Positions 1 to 13,244 of a stretch of 64,000 nucleotides of DNA are shown here, piece by piece. The notes beneath the pieces are model-generated. The model saw only the letters and a list, made by a program, of their open reading frames with translations, had not been told where the DNA came from and did no database searches. The DNA is from Phoronis australis (lineage: Eukaryota; Animalia; Phoronida): positions 103,976-167,975 of the forward strand of contig NMRA01000419.1 in the NCBI GenBank assembly GCA_002633005.1. The letters are read 5' to 3'. How positions within the stretch are numbered: the stretch's first letter is position 1; every line of letters begins with the position of its first letter. A program made the translations under genes and the position numbers.

Positions 1-200
1 AATTTGTTAAATGCACGACACTTTTCAGTAACTGACACCCGCCGTGTCTCACTGTGTGTGTCGTCAGCTTATACTCTGTGGTGGCATTACTGCGTCATTT
101 TATCTTCACTTGACAATGAAACAAGTATGTTTCGAAATATCGTGTGTCTTTTAATTATGTCTCTAGGTCAGTTACTGTATCTATGTTGAGAGTAGAGTTT

Positions 201-1154
201 TGTTCCGTAAGTATGAACGCAACGGAATAAAGACTGTGAACAGTGAAAAGTGTCGTGCATTTAACAAATTATATATATTTATACATATATATATAAAAAA
301 ATATATATATATATATGTATATGTACTGTATATATTAAAACAGACCATTTTAAAATGCCTGGAATGGCGGACTGGGGCAGAATCCGAGATTTTTACTTCT
401 GAACACTTCGTACCACCTACAGGTAATGGGCATATAATTAAAGAGTGAAAGAGACGAGAGTAAAATTACGAGCGTACAGAGCTCATGTGACCTACAAACT
501 AATTTCTCGTTGGTTCAGAATATAGAATGACACTGTTTTTAGTTGTATTGTTTTGTTTTGTTTTGTTCTTCTGTTTGATTGGCATGACCCCAGAGTTCAG
601 AACAGTGATGCTGTAATTTGTTTAATACAGCATAGTGTGGAACTTTATAGAAGACTCTAGCATGACAGTGATTAATGCAGTCTGGAATAATCTAGAGACT
701 AGTATATGTTTGTAGAATGGTTGGGTAGATTCCGGAAAGTTCTGGAACGTGCTTGAACTGGCGAAAAGTTCAAGAACAATGCATAAGTCTATAAATACAC
801 AAGCACGGGTTTGTACTAGTCAGAAAGCAGTAAAATAGTTAACAGTTGAACAGTTGAGAGGATTACAGTTGCGTTGTAGAGAAGAGAACCAGCGGTTACA
901 GCGAGAGCCAGCTATAAAGACAGCAGGTTATTTGAATCAGCGAGTGTAACAGTTGCTGAACGTGTCTCATCACAAGTCAAGGCTTCGCAGCACTGGCTGG
1001 AGCGTAAACGGTTTGTTTGAGTAGGCTTGTGAACTTACGCTCGAGATTAATAAAGGATTAACTCGAACCAGTCTTCAGTCTATCGTCGAACACATAGCTA
1101 TTAGCACCGGTTGGTAACCACCTGCGCCCACCCACACACGGGGAAAACGTGACA
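201..1154 (+). mobile_element. Probable solo LTR
   Basis: Begins TGTTCCGT and ends ACGTGACA (imperfect inverted TG...CA termini). TATA-like CTATAAATA at 789-797, AATAAA at 1049-1054. Flanks GTTT/GTTC could be a 4-bp TSD with one mismatch. No PBS after the CA. The 5' boundary is uncertain. Confidence 0.55.
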
Positions 1155-1910
1155 GTTCGATATAACGATTACGGTTGTAAAACACGGGTCTCGGTGGTAA
1201 TTACGAGCGTGGTTACGGGCGACACTTTCATCCGGCGAACGCCCAACTTGCGAACGCCCAACTTGCGAAAGCATGACGGACCCTGCCCAGCTAAAAATTG
1301 ACCGTCGGACGACCATCGTCCGACGGTTGGAGTTAGCTAATTCGAACACAATAGCCCATAGAATTCAGTCCAGCTGCCTGGGCTGCTTGGTCAAGTACCG
1401 TTATCCTTTAATGACACCTCATTATGCCATAAAACTACGTGCCTGTCGACTGTTGGCAAAAAAAACTAAAATTTATTTAAAAAATATACCTGCTTAACTA
1501 ATTTTCTCGCGAAAAACTAAGCAATTTACAACTTTGAATTTTCTTTCTAGACCAGAAAATAAAGTTTTTATTAATATAAAATTTACCGCCTTGTGTACGA
1601 GCAGAGCGTAAGAATTTACAAAAGGTAAGTTGTGATTCGTCTCCATAAGGCAACTTATAATTTCCAACCAAAAGGCCAAAATGTACCATAATCAATTTGC
1701 TTCGATTAAACACAAGTTCCAGAATATAACATATTACACAATAAGGAGAAATATATTGTTAAAACGAATAGCAATTGAGAACTTGTTTTTAAGCGTAGGT
1801 ATACAGTCGTCATTTTCTGTAATAAATTACTAATTTCGTCCCATGTATTTTACACGAGGGGCTAGGCGAGATCCGCTTAAATGACGAGTGCTTCGAGCAT
1901 TGTTAGCCCA

Positions 1911-2435
1911 GCCAGCACGCAGGTATCACGCAGTGGCACGCGCTTTAGAATTGGTCGACGTAAGGCTTGGCAGTCATGGTTAGCTTTACAACACCGTGAA
2001 AAAAATGGCGGACTGTGAACGATTTTTAGCCTTGTCATGAAAGTGGCGTCGCAGCAACTACTTCGTTTCTGCAGTGTTGTTTAATAGCCGCGTGCTCGAA
2101 GCACATAGTATTACATGTACAATAAACACATATCTGACCAATTTAACCGATGTGTTATTCATACTGTATGAACACAGGACACTATCGGAAACAAAAGTCA
2201 TCGACAGTAGAAAGATGCATTCCAAAAAGTCACAATTACAATTTCTAGGCTTCACATTTCCTGAACATAAATTTTAAGCACAGATTTGTCTGTACAACAG
2301 ACCACATTTACCAGAGTCTATCAGTCGTGCCAGTTTGTTTACTTAAAGCGCTGCCTGTTGAGAATTCGACCAGCCAATCAGAAACGCCGGTGTAAAAAAT
2401 TCCCGAGGAAAATTAAATGATACCTGCGTGCTGGC
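1911..2435 (+). mobile_element. Non-autonomous DNA transposon (MITE), copy 1
   Basis: Perfect 18-bp TIR GCCAGCACGCAGGTATCA (1911-1928) / TGATACCTGCGTGCTGGC (2418-2435). Outer TAGCC...GGCTA. A homologous inverted copy lies at 61222-61752. Confidence 0.8.
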
Positions 2436-2817
2436 GCGGCTACAGCCCCACCTAGATGTACGCAGGGAACCAGCGAGGGACTAGCGCGAGACTGAGTGAA
2501 GCGCGTGACCTGGCGCGTGACACTTGCAAAATGGGAGATATCGGGTGGAATTTGTAAGGTCCGTGTCCCTTGGACTTACTGTTCGTTAATTTCACGTATC
2601 TTCTTCATCATTCAGGGTGATGTAATTAACTAACCTACCCCCTAATGATGTGACCTTCAGGTTCATTTCTAATGTTGTGGACCAGGCCAATGACTTGTTG
2701 CTGCTGTTTGTTTTGTAATTGATCTAAACTTAAACAAGTGTTGTATGATATTGAAAGAGTTTATAAAGTGTATTATGCCACAATATTAGCGTGTTATAAC
2801 CCATAAAGTTATCTCAC

Positions 2818-2883
2818 TAGTGAATCGAACCCGGAACCCTGGAGTTGCTGGTCGCCGACTTTACCACTACACCACGCAGCGAC
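2818..2883 (-). repeat. tRNA-derived (SINE-head-like) sequence
   Basis: Minus strand reads GCTGCGTGGTGTAGTGGTAAAG...CCGGGTTCGATTC, giving Pol III A-box and B-box at tRNA spacing. The acceptor stem does not close. Confidence 0.6.
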
Positions 2884-3018
2884 TGACGTCATCAAGAGTG
2901 AAAATAGAATACTTAAATGAGCACGCGCAATAATCCCATGTTCAACAAACCGCATTGTACTGTACTAATACGCTACGAAAAATAAGACACATAATTTCCA
3001 TAAAAATGATATCTTAGT

Positions 3019-4002
3019 CATAGGCGGATTTAGGGGGGGGGAGGGGGCCCGGATCCCCCCCNGCTGCCGCAAAAAATAAAACATTAAGAGCGTAGGGAAA
3101 TGTTGATTTTATTAATTAACCCCGGTAATTAAAATTATACGGATGAAAAAAGATTTAAATGTGTGCAGTTTTAGTGTTGGGGGGAGGGAGGGCTCAATTC
3201 CAATTTCAAGTGTCAAATTCGGAACACTGCGCATTCGTAACAGAACTATAGCTAAGTATAGGCTCTCCCGCAATATCCAGGCGATCGGCAGCGGCGCTGC
3301 GCACTACGACTCCGTTTCCATCGTCTGCTCCACTGTGCAATGAAGAAAATTTACTTCATTTTTTAAAGAAAATGGAACCTGAGTGACGATGAAAAAACAG
3401 AATCTGCTGGTAAGATGTGAATTTTAATCAAAGCCTTAATGAATCACTCAGAAACTCGCAATACTCTCTTTGCCAAACCTTATCTTAAGACGATTTCCAA
3501 AGCAATCCCGTCATTATTGCCAACACGAAAAACGGATTTGGTCTTTTTGGCATTTGAAGACTATTTTAAATACGACAAATTTGTTAAGAATCGATGGCAC
3601 AAAATATAAAACGTGTAATAAGCATTACAAAAGAAGTAGGTTTCGCGCGCAAACGCTGTGGACCATAAACAACTAGGTCTCTTAGTATGAGACTGGTACC
3701 TAAGTCGGTGTGGTGTAGTGGTAACGCACGCGCGCACTAATCGCCAGGTCGTGAGTTTGAGTCTTTGATACATGCAGTTTTTTTCTGTTTGACACGTTCT
3801 CCGTTTTTTTTTTGCCTTTTTTCTTAAATAATACTTCAGGAATCAAGGAAAATGCTTGACTTTTAGAGGTAAAAACAACCCCCCTCCCGACCTCCCCTCA
3901 TTCGATGCTATGCGCATCTACAATCGTGGTTCAGTTTGCGCAAATGCTTACAACAGGACAAAATGTTGGGCCCCCCCTTGTGATATCCTAGATCCGCCAC
4001 TG
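3019..4002 (+). mobile_element. Non-autonomous hAT-like element with 5-bp TSD
   Basis: Termini CATAGGCGGATTTAGG / CCTAGATCCGCCACTG. TSD TTAGT at 3014-3018 and 4003-4007. Subterminal G/C tracts. Confidence 0.8.
3704..3765 (+). repeat. Degenerate tRNA-like sequence inside the hAT-like element
   Basis: GTCGGTGTGGTGTAGTGGTAACG...GTGAGTTTGAGTC: A-box plus degenerate B-box. Confidence 0.5.
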
Positions 4003-4664
4003 TTAGTTCAGTGAAATTTTTCTCTCATGTCCTCTTACTTGTAAATCACCGATCTCCAGTTTGAATGCGGGTATCGTGTGGTCAGGATCTTTGACTTGAG
4101 AATTATATTCAGTTACCAGTGGTAACCTACTTTAGCAGACAATAATTTCCAGGTCGAAGCTTAGCATGAAAAAAACGTGTTTTAAAGTGGCATGGACCAC
4201 GAAAACTCGTGAAAAATACATTTTAAACGATCCCTAACGAAATTACCTTCATTCAACCTTTACTAAAAAGTTATTTACTTCCCCCTGAGAAGGAATTTCC
4301 AGAAAAAATGACCCAATTCATCGTTTTTGAAAGAACTACGAAGAAAAGTTTATATGGTAACCACCTATACCTGCCAATCTCCCTCTCACTCATGATAAAT
4401 GCGCGCATGCGCTCAGTCATTCGACAAACGAACAGCTGATTCAGTGTCAACACAAGAGTGTTGTGGAGTGAATACTTTGCCACCCAACGTGTTTTATACC
4501 TCGTGCCGTGTACCTCTACGATTCTTCATGATTGCACCATTACTTGAGATGTGATCATGCTGATCTGCAGTGGACTATTATTCGTTCACACTATGTGTCT
4601 GAGGACGGTGCTGCGCTAATAATCGCAGGCGCGGTTTTGCAAGACAATACGAGACAAGAACGAG

Positions 4665-7600
4665 ATGTCGGACAGTGGAAAGCTGGGCAAGAAAATGGAA
4701 CGTTCGTCTAAGCTAACCGCCTCAGTTAGAAAGAAAAGTAGGCAAGATTTGCTGCTGAAAGTTAATTAACGACGCATTTATCTGGGTACAGAGCACTGCC
4801 GCTGGGAATCTCTTAGAAGTGAGCTATCCGTCACTAATTCCGACTTGGCCAAACGATAGCTTGATAATGCGTAAGTACTTGTTTGGTCTTGCATACTTTG
4901 GTAGTTATTGGGACATTGCGCGGTCCCAGCTTATTAAAATCACCTCGATTCGATAAAGTAATGGTCCGAGAACTCACTGAGAAAGTGAAGAGTGTGAAAG
5001 TTAAACTCAGACATAAAATTCACCGAGTTGCTTTGTCTGTTGACATTTACATGTAAGCTAAGCAGCTAAGCCTACTTGTGTGGCTAAGCCTGTGACCTAC
5101 TTATGGCATATATTGAGGACTTGTTTAGTTGTTTGCAGTTGATATTTCTTGAAACACTAAGAGAAATTGCAAAGCATTATTACTTTGAGATAGTACCACC
5201 GTCTCAACTGACTGCAGTAGAGATGGCAGTTGTCCAATAGGCCCTCACCAGCTGAAAGTTTTTTGGCGAATTCATTGCCACATTGATTAAACCATCAAAG
5301 TCATGTTGCTGAAATGAACTTTTGCAGATAGGGGGATACCTTAGGGGAATGGTAATGTCTTAAACTCTTCCCAGCTCGGTTAAATACGAACGGGCATTAG
5401 GAGTCAATTTTTTGTCCTTCGTTAAGTTAACAAAATTATGGACTGACCATTTTTTGGGAAACTGGCCCAATTCTGTATTGATTTAATCATTGCTGTAGCG
5501 TTTTGAAATCACATTGAGATCGACCTCCATGACAGAGTAAATCAATCATTAAAGCACTACACCGGTGATCATCAGAGTTTGCTAGTGCTTGAAACGTGGC
5601 TGCAAGGGGGGTACCACTCATACCTGTGCAAAATGATATTGTAGATGAACAAAGAAACGAATCATAAAGAAATCTTTATTACCAAAGTATTTGTTCAAGT
5701 TGGAAGGAATTAAAGTCATCGACAGCCTGCTAAGGTGACCATGTCTATGTTATAAAGGTACTTAAGACAGCATGAATTTGATGGTTTAGTGTGTGCGGGG
5801 TACGAGTTGCCAAAAGGCTTCTTGCTGTCCCTGGAAGACCCCCTGTGCCACCAGTTATGGCCCAGTTCAGACAGCAATTCTGTTTTAGTGGCAAGCCGTG
5901 CATTTTGCTAGATTGAGTACTTGAAAAGTAGGTACAAAGTCATGTCTCATGGATTTGTAGCATTGTTATCTTGTTGTACCTTATTCGCAGACCTATGTGT
6001 ATTGACATTAAGTGGTATTATAATCTGAGAGATCAAGAGGTCTACCTTCTTCAAAGATATTATGCGAGATCTGGAAGTAAATCCACTGCTAAAACCCCAT
6101 TAATCAAAATTTCGCTGCCCTACAAAGGTTAACAAAGTAAAAGCACAAACGTTCGTTGATCAATTTTCAAAATTCAAAAACACATTAACAGAGGATAATT
6201 TTTGGTTACAAATTCCAATTCGCAATTAGAAATTTAGTAATGAATTGCACTCGCATTTTTGCGATCGTTATTCATGTAGTTTGGTTGTTATTATGGCGGC
6301 AAATTGTACCACCTGTATGATTTGACATCTGTACCTGTAGTTAATAACTAGGTTATTCATTTTTGCCCTGTAGGTATGAAGTGGCACAAAGAGAAAGATT
6401 GACAACAATGTCTAGACAAGTGTCCACAGAGTCAGAACCTGAAGCCGTATCAGCAACACCTGCAATTCCCCAGTTTGTTCAAAGGTATTCTAGAAATAAT
6501 TTTTTCAGTGAAAGCGTGTTGTCTACACCTTCACCTACTAGTATTTGTGTCTACGACAATACATGACATGGAAAATTGCGTTTGTTGAAAACTCCAAGTC
6601 ATTTTTTATGAGGGTTACTAATTTAAATCAAATCATTCCAGCTTGCCATTGTTAGAAATATTACTGAACTTGCACTCATTGAGCCTTAACTGGCTTGGAT
6701 TATGGACTGAATGGTTGTATTTTCATCAAGATTTTGCTTTCCTAACTTTGCTCTACGTTGAACTTGATTTTACTGTACCTTATTAACACTTGAATTATTG
6801 TGCAAATATTGTAACTTGTTTTATTCAACTGACTCGGAACTTACTCGAAAAACATTGTCCTTAAAACACGCATGCTACTGCTGTTCAGAAGCCTGGGACC
6901 TCAAAACTGGTGTCATCAACACCAACTGGTTTACATCCATCAACATTACTCAGGTGTGAAACTGTTATTCAAAATGAATATTTGTACTCTACGTTGCTGA
7001 ATTATTTACTGACAGTGCTTTAGGAGCATTGGGATGTCATGAGTGAAAAGGTAAAAGCCGTAGGCTTATTTGACCATGTCTCTGACAATTATGAGCTTCT
7101 AAACTGCACCAATTGAAATATCCCTGTTAAACGAGAACAAGGCAATCAAACATGCAAACTTCGATTCATATGTACGAACCATTATTCATAATAACACTTG
7201 AGTCGTAGATACAAACCATATCAAGTGTATGAACAAAAATTAATGCATGTCAACCAAAGAAACAGATAAAACAAAAAACAGGGGTATGAAGTAATCACAT
7301 ACAATGTAATTACGTAAACATTTTCTAGTGATGGTGGTCATAATTTGTTTTCCCAAAGAGTCCAGCACTAAGCAAAATGGCAACATAAAATGTATCTGTA
7401 GAAGAACTATGTTCTTGCATGTTATTTGTATGTCTGATTAGTCATTTTTTGTGCATGACTGTTTGTTTGTACACATCATGTTGTGGTTCGTATGTATAAA
7501 TGAAGCGTTCTTCCAAATGATGCAGTGTTTTGGGCGTGTGACTCAAAGTCTGTACGTTTGACTGCCTGACACCCTCGATTAGTTGCTGACAAATGTTGAA

Positions 7601-9461
7601 CTCAAGGTAACTTTCTTTATCACTTAAATGTGATTATGGCAATGGTACATTTTCAGTGGGCTTGAGCTTTCTGGAATCGATGCAAGTGATTCTGTCTATG
7701 ACGACGAAGCCTTGATGTTTGTATCCAGGCCATTTATTACAAAGGTATGTGAAAGTACTGGAGCCAGTTCCAAGAAATTGACAAGATCATTTTTGACTTA
7801 AGTCTAAGATTTGTCTTTAACTTCCAAACTTTGAAACTTCCGATTTTGGTAAGTTAAGACAAAACTTATGTCATACACTTTCTTGAATTGGTTTTGAGAC
7901 AAATTTAACTTCATTTTAAAATTTATAAAAAATGAAAATTGTCTTAGCTAAGTCAGTTCTGTTGGAACAGGCCCCTGATTTTTAAAATTTGAGAGAACTA
8001 GTCAGTGCTCATGAATTATCTTGACAACAAACTTTTTAGTGTTGTAACTGATGATTGAATTGTGAAATATTTTGTGCATATATTTTGCATGGTATATTCC
8101 AATAAAATGGATTTTTCTACATGTCTGGTATGGTCAGGAATGGTGTGCACAGGTTTCACTTCTAAGCATGACTTTTTCATACTCTGTTTACGCGCGTTGT
8201 ATATATTTGTGATTTGCAAAGATGTACCTAAAAGTAAATACATCAAAAAGGAAATGGGCAGCAGTTTTGGTGACCCTTTTGACTAAATACCACCTATTAG
8301 GTATGGTTTTATAGGTCATCCTGCAACTAATCTTGTTATATTTGTGTTTTTAATGTGACACATTGGTATTCCTAACTTATTCGAATATAGTGTGGGCAGA
8401 ATTGAATTCATTGATTGCATTTGCACCTAACATGTCTTTGCACCGAATTTGACATTTTTTTCTTTTCGAAGTTGATTGCTGTATAATTTAAAAGTTTATA
8501 TTCAAAGGCAACGTTGGGATTTTGAGGAGTTTTTATCATTAGCATAGACAATCCATGAAATTTGTGGTGGTATTTTATTTGACATCAAGTCATAAGTCTG
8601 TTTTCTGAGTTCTAAATATAGAGACCATGCGGTACATGGATTGTTTTTTTTTATATCATAACTTAATCTTGGATAGGCGATATGTGGTGAAATTCAATGA
8701 ATTCTGACTGGCCATGCTTTAAAAGATAAACACTCGAACACTTTTGACTTTCTATATTACTGGCTATTGATTGATTTTTCTGAGGACCTAGCATGCGATG
8801 ACCTGGACGATAACTGTAAGTGCAACATAACCATTGGGTACACATTTAAATTATGAGTTATCAATTTTTTATAAAAATACATCATTATTGTTCAGTGCTG
8901 ACAATGTTAATGTATTTAATTGAAATATATCTTCTACTGACGATTGGTTATCATAGCTCAGTGTATGGACAGCAATGAATCTCAGGTTGGAAACCCTGAC
9001 AGGACAGAAATCCTTTCACACTACTAACCATTAGGTCCTGCAAAATGACTAAAGAAGGCATCGTAAGGCATCATCAAACGCTATATGCATAAAACATTTG
9101 AATTCTGAACGAACTATTTAACTGTTCTCCAGTGCACATAATGCGAGCCCTGATACTTAGTACTTCTTCAAGTGCGTTACGGAGCTAGGTGTTGTGTCGT
9201 TTTTGAAATTCTAAAGGGCAAGATCATCACGCTTTCCCTTGTTGCAGTCCAGAAAGCATCCTTGATGATGTGGATATTAGCGATGTTGGATTTGGAGATG
9301 AAGAGTTTGGTGGGGAGGAAGTTGCAGGAGATAGCATCAATATGTACCACTATGGAGACTACTATGACACATTGTCCACTGGTTTCGGTGGTGTCCACAG
9401 AATTCATGATGCAACTGGTGCGCACTCAGCTGTGGACGATAGCAAATTTATTGTTTTTATG
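4665..9461 (+). pseudogene. Spliced, decayed N-terminal half of a putative Kolobok-type transposase
   Basis: Exon 4665-4870 (MSDSGK...RIYLGTEHCRWESLRSELSVTNSDLAKR*LDN, GTAAGT donor) splices in phase to 6374-6484. Further exon-like segments at ~6889-6953, 7657-7744, ~8220-8300 and 9248-9461, the last ending in the SKFIVF motif. In-frame stops are present and the catalytic region is absent. Confidence 0.55.
7761..7974. mobile_element. Harbinger/PIF-like MITE nested in an intron of the Kolobok-like element
   Basis: TIR GAGCCAGTTCCAA / TTGGAACAGGCCC. 3-bp TSD CTG at 7758-7760 and 7975-7977. Confidence 0.7.
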
Positions 9462-11697
9462 ACACCCTCCTTTCCCTTTCAAATCTCATCAGCGTGTCTT
9501 GCAAAGAATGAGTGATGTTCGGATTTCTTCTGTTAAAGGTTCAACACTCTCTTTCTACCTCCTTCTCCGAAAAGTGTCGCACTTGTTCATTTGGTCATTG
9601 CATTTACTCTTCTCTGAAAATTAGGAGATTTTTCACTAATTACGGAAAGGAGATATTTATCCCATCTTGTATTCATATAATTCACTTAGATACAAGCTCA
9701 GCGCACTACTAGAAAAAACTGGAGTTTTATTCAAAAGTTGATGTCACATCACCTGAAAATCTGCGTAAAATGTAATGGCTCCTTATTTCTTCAAGATATA
9801 AAATGACATAGAAGGTTAAATATTGGATATTCTATATATTTACAAGTCATAAATGATTCTCTGAACTAGAGTTTTTGAGTTGTTTAACTTTTTTCACGTG
9901 TTTGTTATTCATGATAAAGTACCTGTACGTCAGCATAACCTTGCAGACCCCGAAGAGCTGGGGTCATTGAAGCTGGACCTGGAGTAGCTGTAGCGACTGA
10001 CTTCCATTTCCTTTCTCTACCTCCTCTTACACTTTCACCTCTCCTTATTTTCATGGCTCTCCCACATATCCTATGGAAATAAACAGGCCTTTTAAATTTC
10101 ATATAGTATCAAAGTTCATCAAAAGCCATGCCTAACATTGTGAATAATCTCCAAACCAAAGCAATTGCTTCAAACAGGACTGGTAATGTGTGAAAAAAGT
10201 CTGTTTCTGAGAGCATTCCATTAGTGATTTCTTAGCCCCAGTCTGTTAGTCTAAGCTCTTTTCACGTTTTACCCCATGGATAGGTGGGCGCAGGTTGTCA
10301 CCGATCTGTTTTAATATTTTGATGCAATGTTAGACTGAACACTGGTTCGAGTTCATCACTTTATTAATCTTGAGTGTATGCTCATATTAAGTCCATTCAA
10401 ACAAAACGTACAACGTAATGTCTGTTCTATGCTCAGCCAGTGCTACAAAGCCTTGACTTTCAGTAATGACATGCTACTTTTGACAGTTCTTTGTTCTCTA
10501 GCCTCAGCTGAAGTGTTAGACAAGTTCTGTGCAACTGAAACTGTACAACGGCTGATGTTGTAGCCAATGAATAATTTTATGAACTATGAAAGTACCTAGA
10601 TGTTCTACTATCATATATTTTCTCGTCTGGAATGATAATTTGATGCTCCATGGACAGTTGAAATAAAATTATTTTCAATATTGCTGCAATTTCTGATGTT
10701 TTTGGTGGGACAAATTTGCTGGAAGTGTAATTTATCATTCCATTTGTCCAAAGGTGTGTAGATTGATTCTGTCTTTTTATTTCTAAACACAGTTATGTTG
10801 CTCAAGTGGAATGACCTCTTATTTCATGCATTATGTAACTTCGTATCCTTCCATGAGTCCATATATCATTGATGTTTCATTGTAGTCAGATGTAACAGTG
10901 GAGGTCAGCTCAATAAAACAGAAATTGATTGCAAACCACAGATTTGTGCAAATCCCTAAATTGCTAAGTGCTTGTAGTTATAGTCATTGAAAATGTGTAA
11001 CATACTTTGAAGAAAAGCAAAATTATTTAGATCATGATGATGCTCGATCAAGTAAAACTTTTTGAATGCTGGTGGGACTGAATGTTCATCATGATGCATA
11101 ATGCAAACTATTACTGGGTGAACAATTAGGTCAATATATTTAACACCAGTCGGAACATATGTTTCTGTGACTTATCATCATTACATCTTTCCATGTAATG
11201 ACAATGTAAAGTATCACATGACTGGAGTTAACAGCTTTTGAGATATTAGGAGATAAACTGTGTTTTAGGTTCAAAAAGATACCAAAATTTAGCATTAGAA
11301 AATTAATCTTCCCAATTTTAAAGTTTTATTTAAAAATTCGCTGTGGAGCACCTTGTAATTGGTTGGAATTTCTGTAAATAACAGTGTGATTACTATGCCA
11401 TAGATTTAATGTAATTACAAAGTTGGTCAAGTCATTGCACTTGGTCAATGTACACATGACCATTTGAACCCTAAAATGCATTGACTACATGTATTTTGGG
11501 CCTACTGGGTGCATTTGGCCCCAGAATTCAAGGAAACCCTGAGCCAGAAATTTTGGGGGATTCTTTGATCTGTAAACAAGAAGGTTGAGTGAAGGTTTTC
11601 AGAGAACTTCAGATTACATTTTCTTCCACCCCTAACAGCTGAGGATTTAGCTAACTGCACTTGCACTACTCCGCCACTTACTAAACGGTGAATATGC

Positions 11698-11915
11698 CAG
11701 TGGCGGATCTAGGATACAATAAGGGGGGGTCCAACATGACGTCTCGGAGAAATAGGCAAAGCTCGATTGTATGCACAGGTGGCTCAAATGTTGTGGGGGT
11801 TGGCGATACGGACCTGGTGTTCCGGAATTCTACCGTTGGGCTCGATATTTTCTCACGCTTCACGCTGTTGCTGTGTAATTTTTTGCTTGCACCAGTCAAA
11901 GGGGGGGGGGCGTTG
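11698..11915 (+). mobile_element. Truncated member of the CAGTGGCGGATCTAGG MITE family
   Basis: Starts CAGTGGCGGATCTAGGATAC and is collinear with 35148-35476. The right terminus is missing. Confidence 0.7.
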
Positions 11916-12822
11916 GCCTGTACGCAATCATCACGTAGCAACAATTAACAATCACCACGAGATACATTTTAGTTATAAATCCTACGTACGTTCACGATGC
12001 ATTGAAATGTTTTAGCAAAATGTTATTGTTCATGTTTACCATATATTATACACAACATAGTCTATGATGTTGACCGTACGCCGATCAGTGAGCCAGACTA
12101 TTTTCATTCACTAAACGATAAAACATGAATCGAACGGTTTCTGTTTGAAATGCACATAAATGAAATCCTAGGCAAAAAGTATATTAGACCATAATTGGGA
12201 GGGCATAGAAACCAAATAAATGGATAACTTACTTAAGAAATGGGACTTCTTTGAGTCAATCGAGGTGTCGATGTCACGGTGCTTTCGAAACCAGCCATCA
12301 CTGTTTTGCTTTCGGCGACCTTTCACGTCTCTGAGGTCATCAGGCCTTTTCCAAATAAGGCACCGCAATGCATTTTGGGACTGTAATGTCGGACTTGACG
12401 AGCACGAAGGCGTGTCTTTTTGGTCAACTTTCAAACGTAAAGAAAAATACTCCAAACTCATTTGAAACTCACTATATTTACGAAACCTACAAAAAAACTT
12501 GTACGCCACGATATGATACAGGTTTCATGCAAGATAATTAACATTTACTTTCTTATTTTATACTACATGTATTTTTCACGTTCCAAGCCACTTTAAGCTA
12601 TAATAGTTGGTAAACCTTAATTTATTAATTCAATTTATATTTAAATTTTCAATTGGTTTTGAGTAAAACCATTATTTGACAAAAATAACCAGGCTTTTCT
12701 TAAAAGGTCACGACCTCCGACCCCGGGCCTCTGACATAGAAAGTAGTTATAAATCCGTGGAGAGTCAGAAAAGGTAAATAGACTCATTGCAATGTTTCTC
12801 GTTTAGTATGTAGTACAAATAA

Positions 12823-12979
12823 ATTATTACATGTTCTCAGCCGTTATCCCCCGTTATCTAGAGCCCTCGTGGATTTTGGAGAATTATCACCCTCGGGGTT
12901 AACGCCCCTCGGGCGATAATTCTCCAAAATCCACTCGGGCTCAAGATAACGAGGGATACCGACTACGCCATGTAATAAT
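12823..12979. mobile_element. Palindromic (fold-back) non-autonomous element
   Basis: The whole 157 bp forms an imperfect hairpin: ATTATTACATG...GTGGATTTTGGAGAATTATC...GATAATTCTCCAAAATCCAC...CATGTAATAAT. Confidence 0.75.
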
Positions 12980-13244
12980 CTATATTCATTGCACATACTT
13001 CATTGATATTTAGACATATAGTACAGTCTGCACATACCATGCTGATGTTTAGTGTATACACTTTCTGTGATTATTAAGTAATCCTGATGAAATAATAAGA
13101 AATAAATTTCTCTCTGCCTGTTTCATGTAACAGATGAGTCAATGGCTTGGCTTCAACATATCTTGGCCAAAAATTCAGTAGCAGTCAAGCTATATACTTT
13201 ACACCGTCTTCTGTTGCTGGTAACGTTTCTTTTAAAAAAAATGA

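Larger units (their letters stand above)
4186..12592 (+). mobile_element. Kolobok-like DNA transposon, internally deleted, 8.4 kb
   Basis: TTAA at 4182-4185 and 12593-12596. TIR AGTGGCATGGA...CGTGAAAAATACAT versus the reverse complement of ATGTATTTTTCACGTTCCAAGCCACT. AG...CT termini. Confidence 0.75.

Noticed and set aside
2818-2883. Functional tRNA gene
   Set aside because: A and B boxes are present but acceptor and anticodon stems do not pair properly. Treated as a tRNA-derived repeat; the same applies to 3704-3765.
12305-12355. Hammerhead ribozyme (CTGATGA...GAAA on the minus strand)
   Set aside because: Stem II does not pair and no stems I/III or cleavage triplet could be built.
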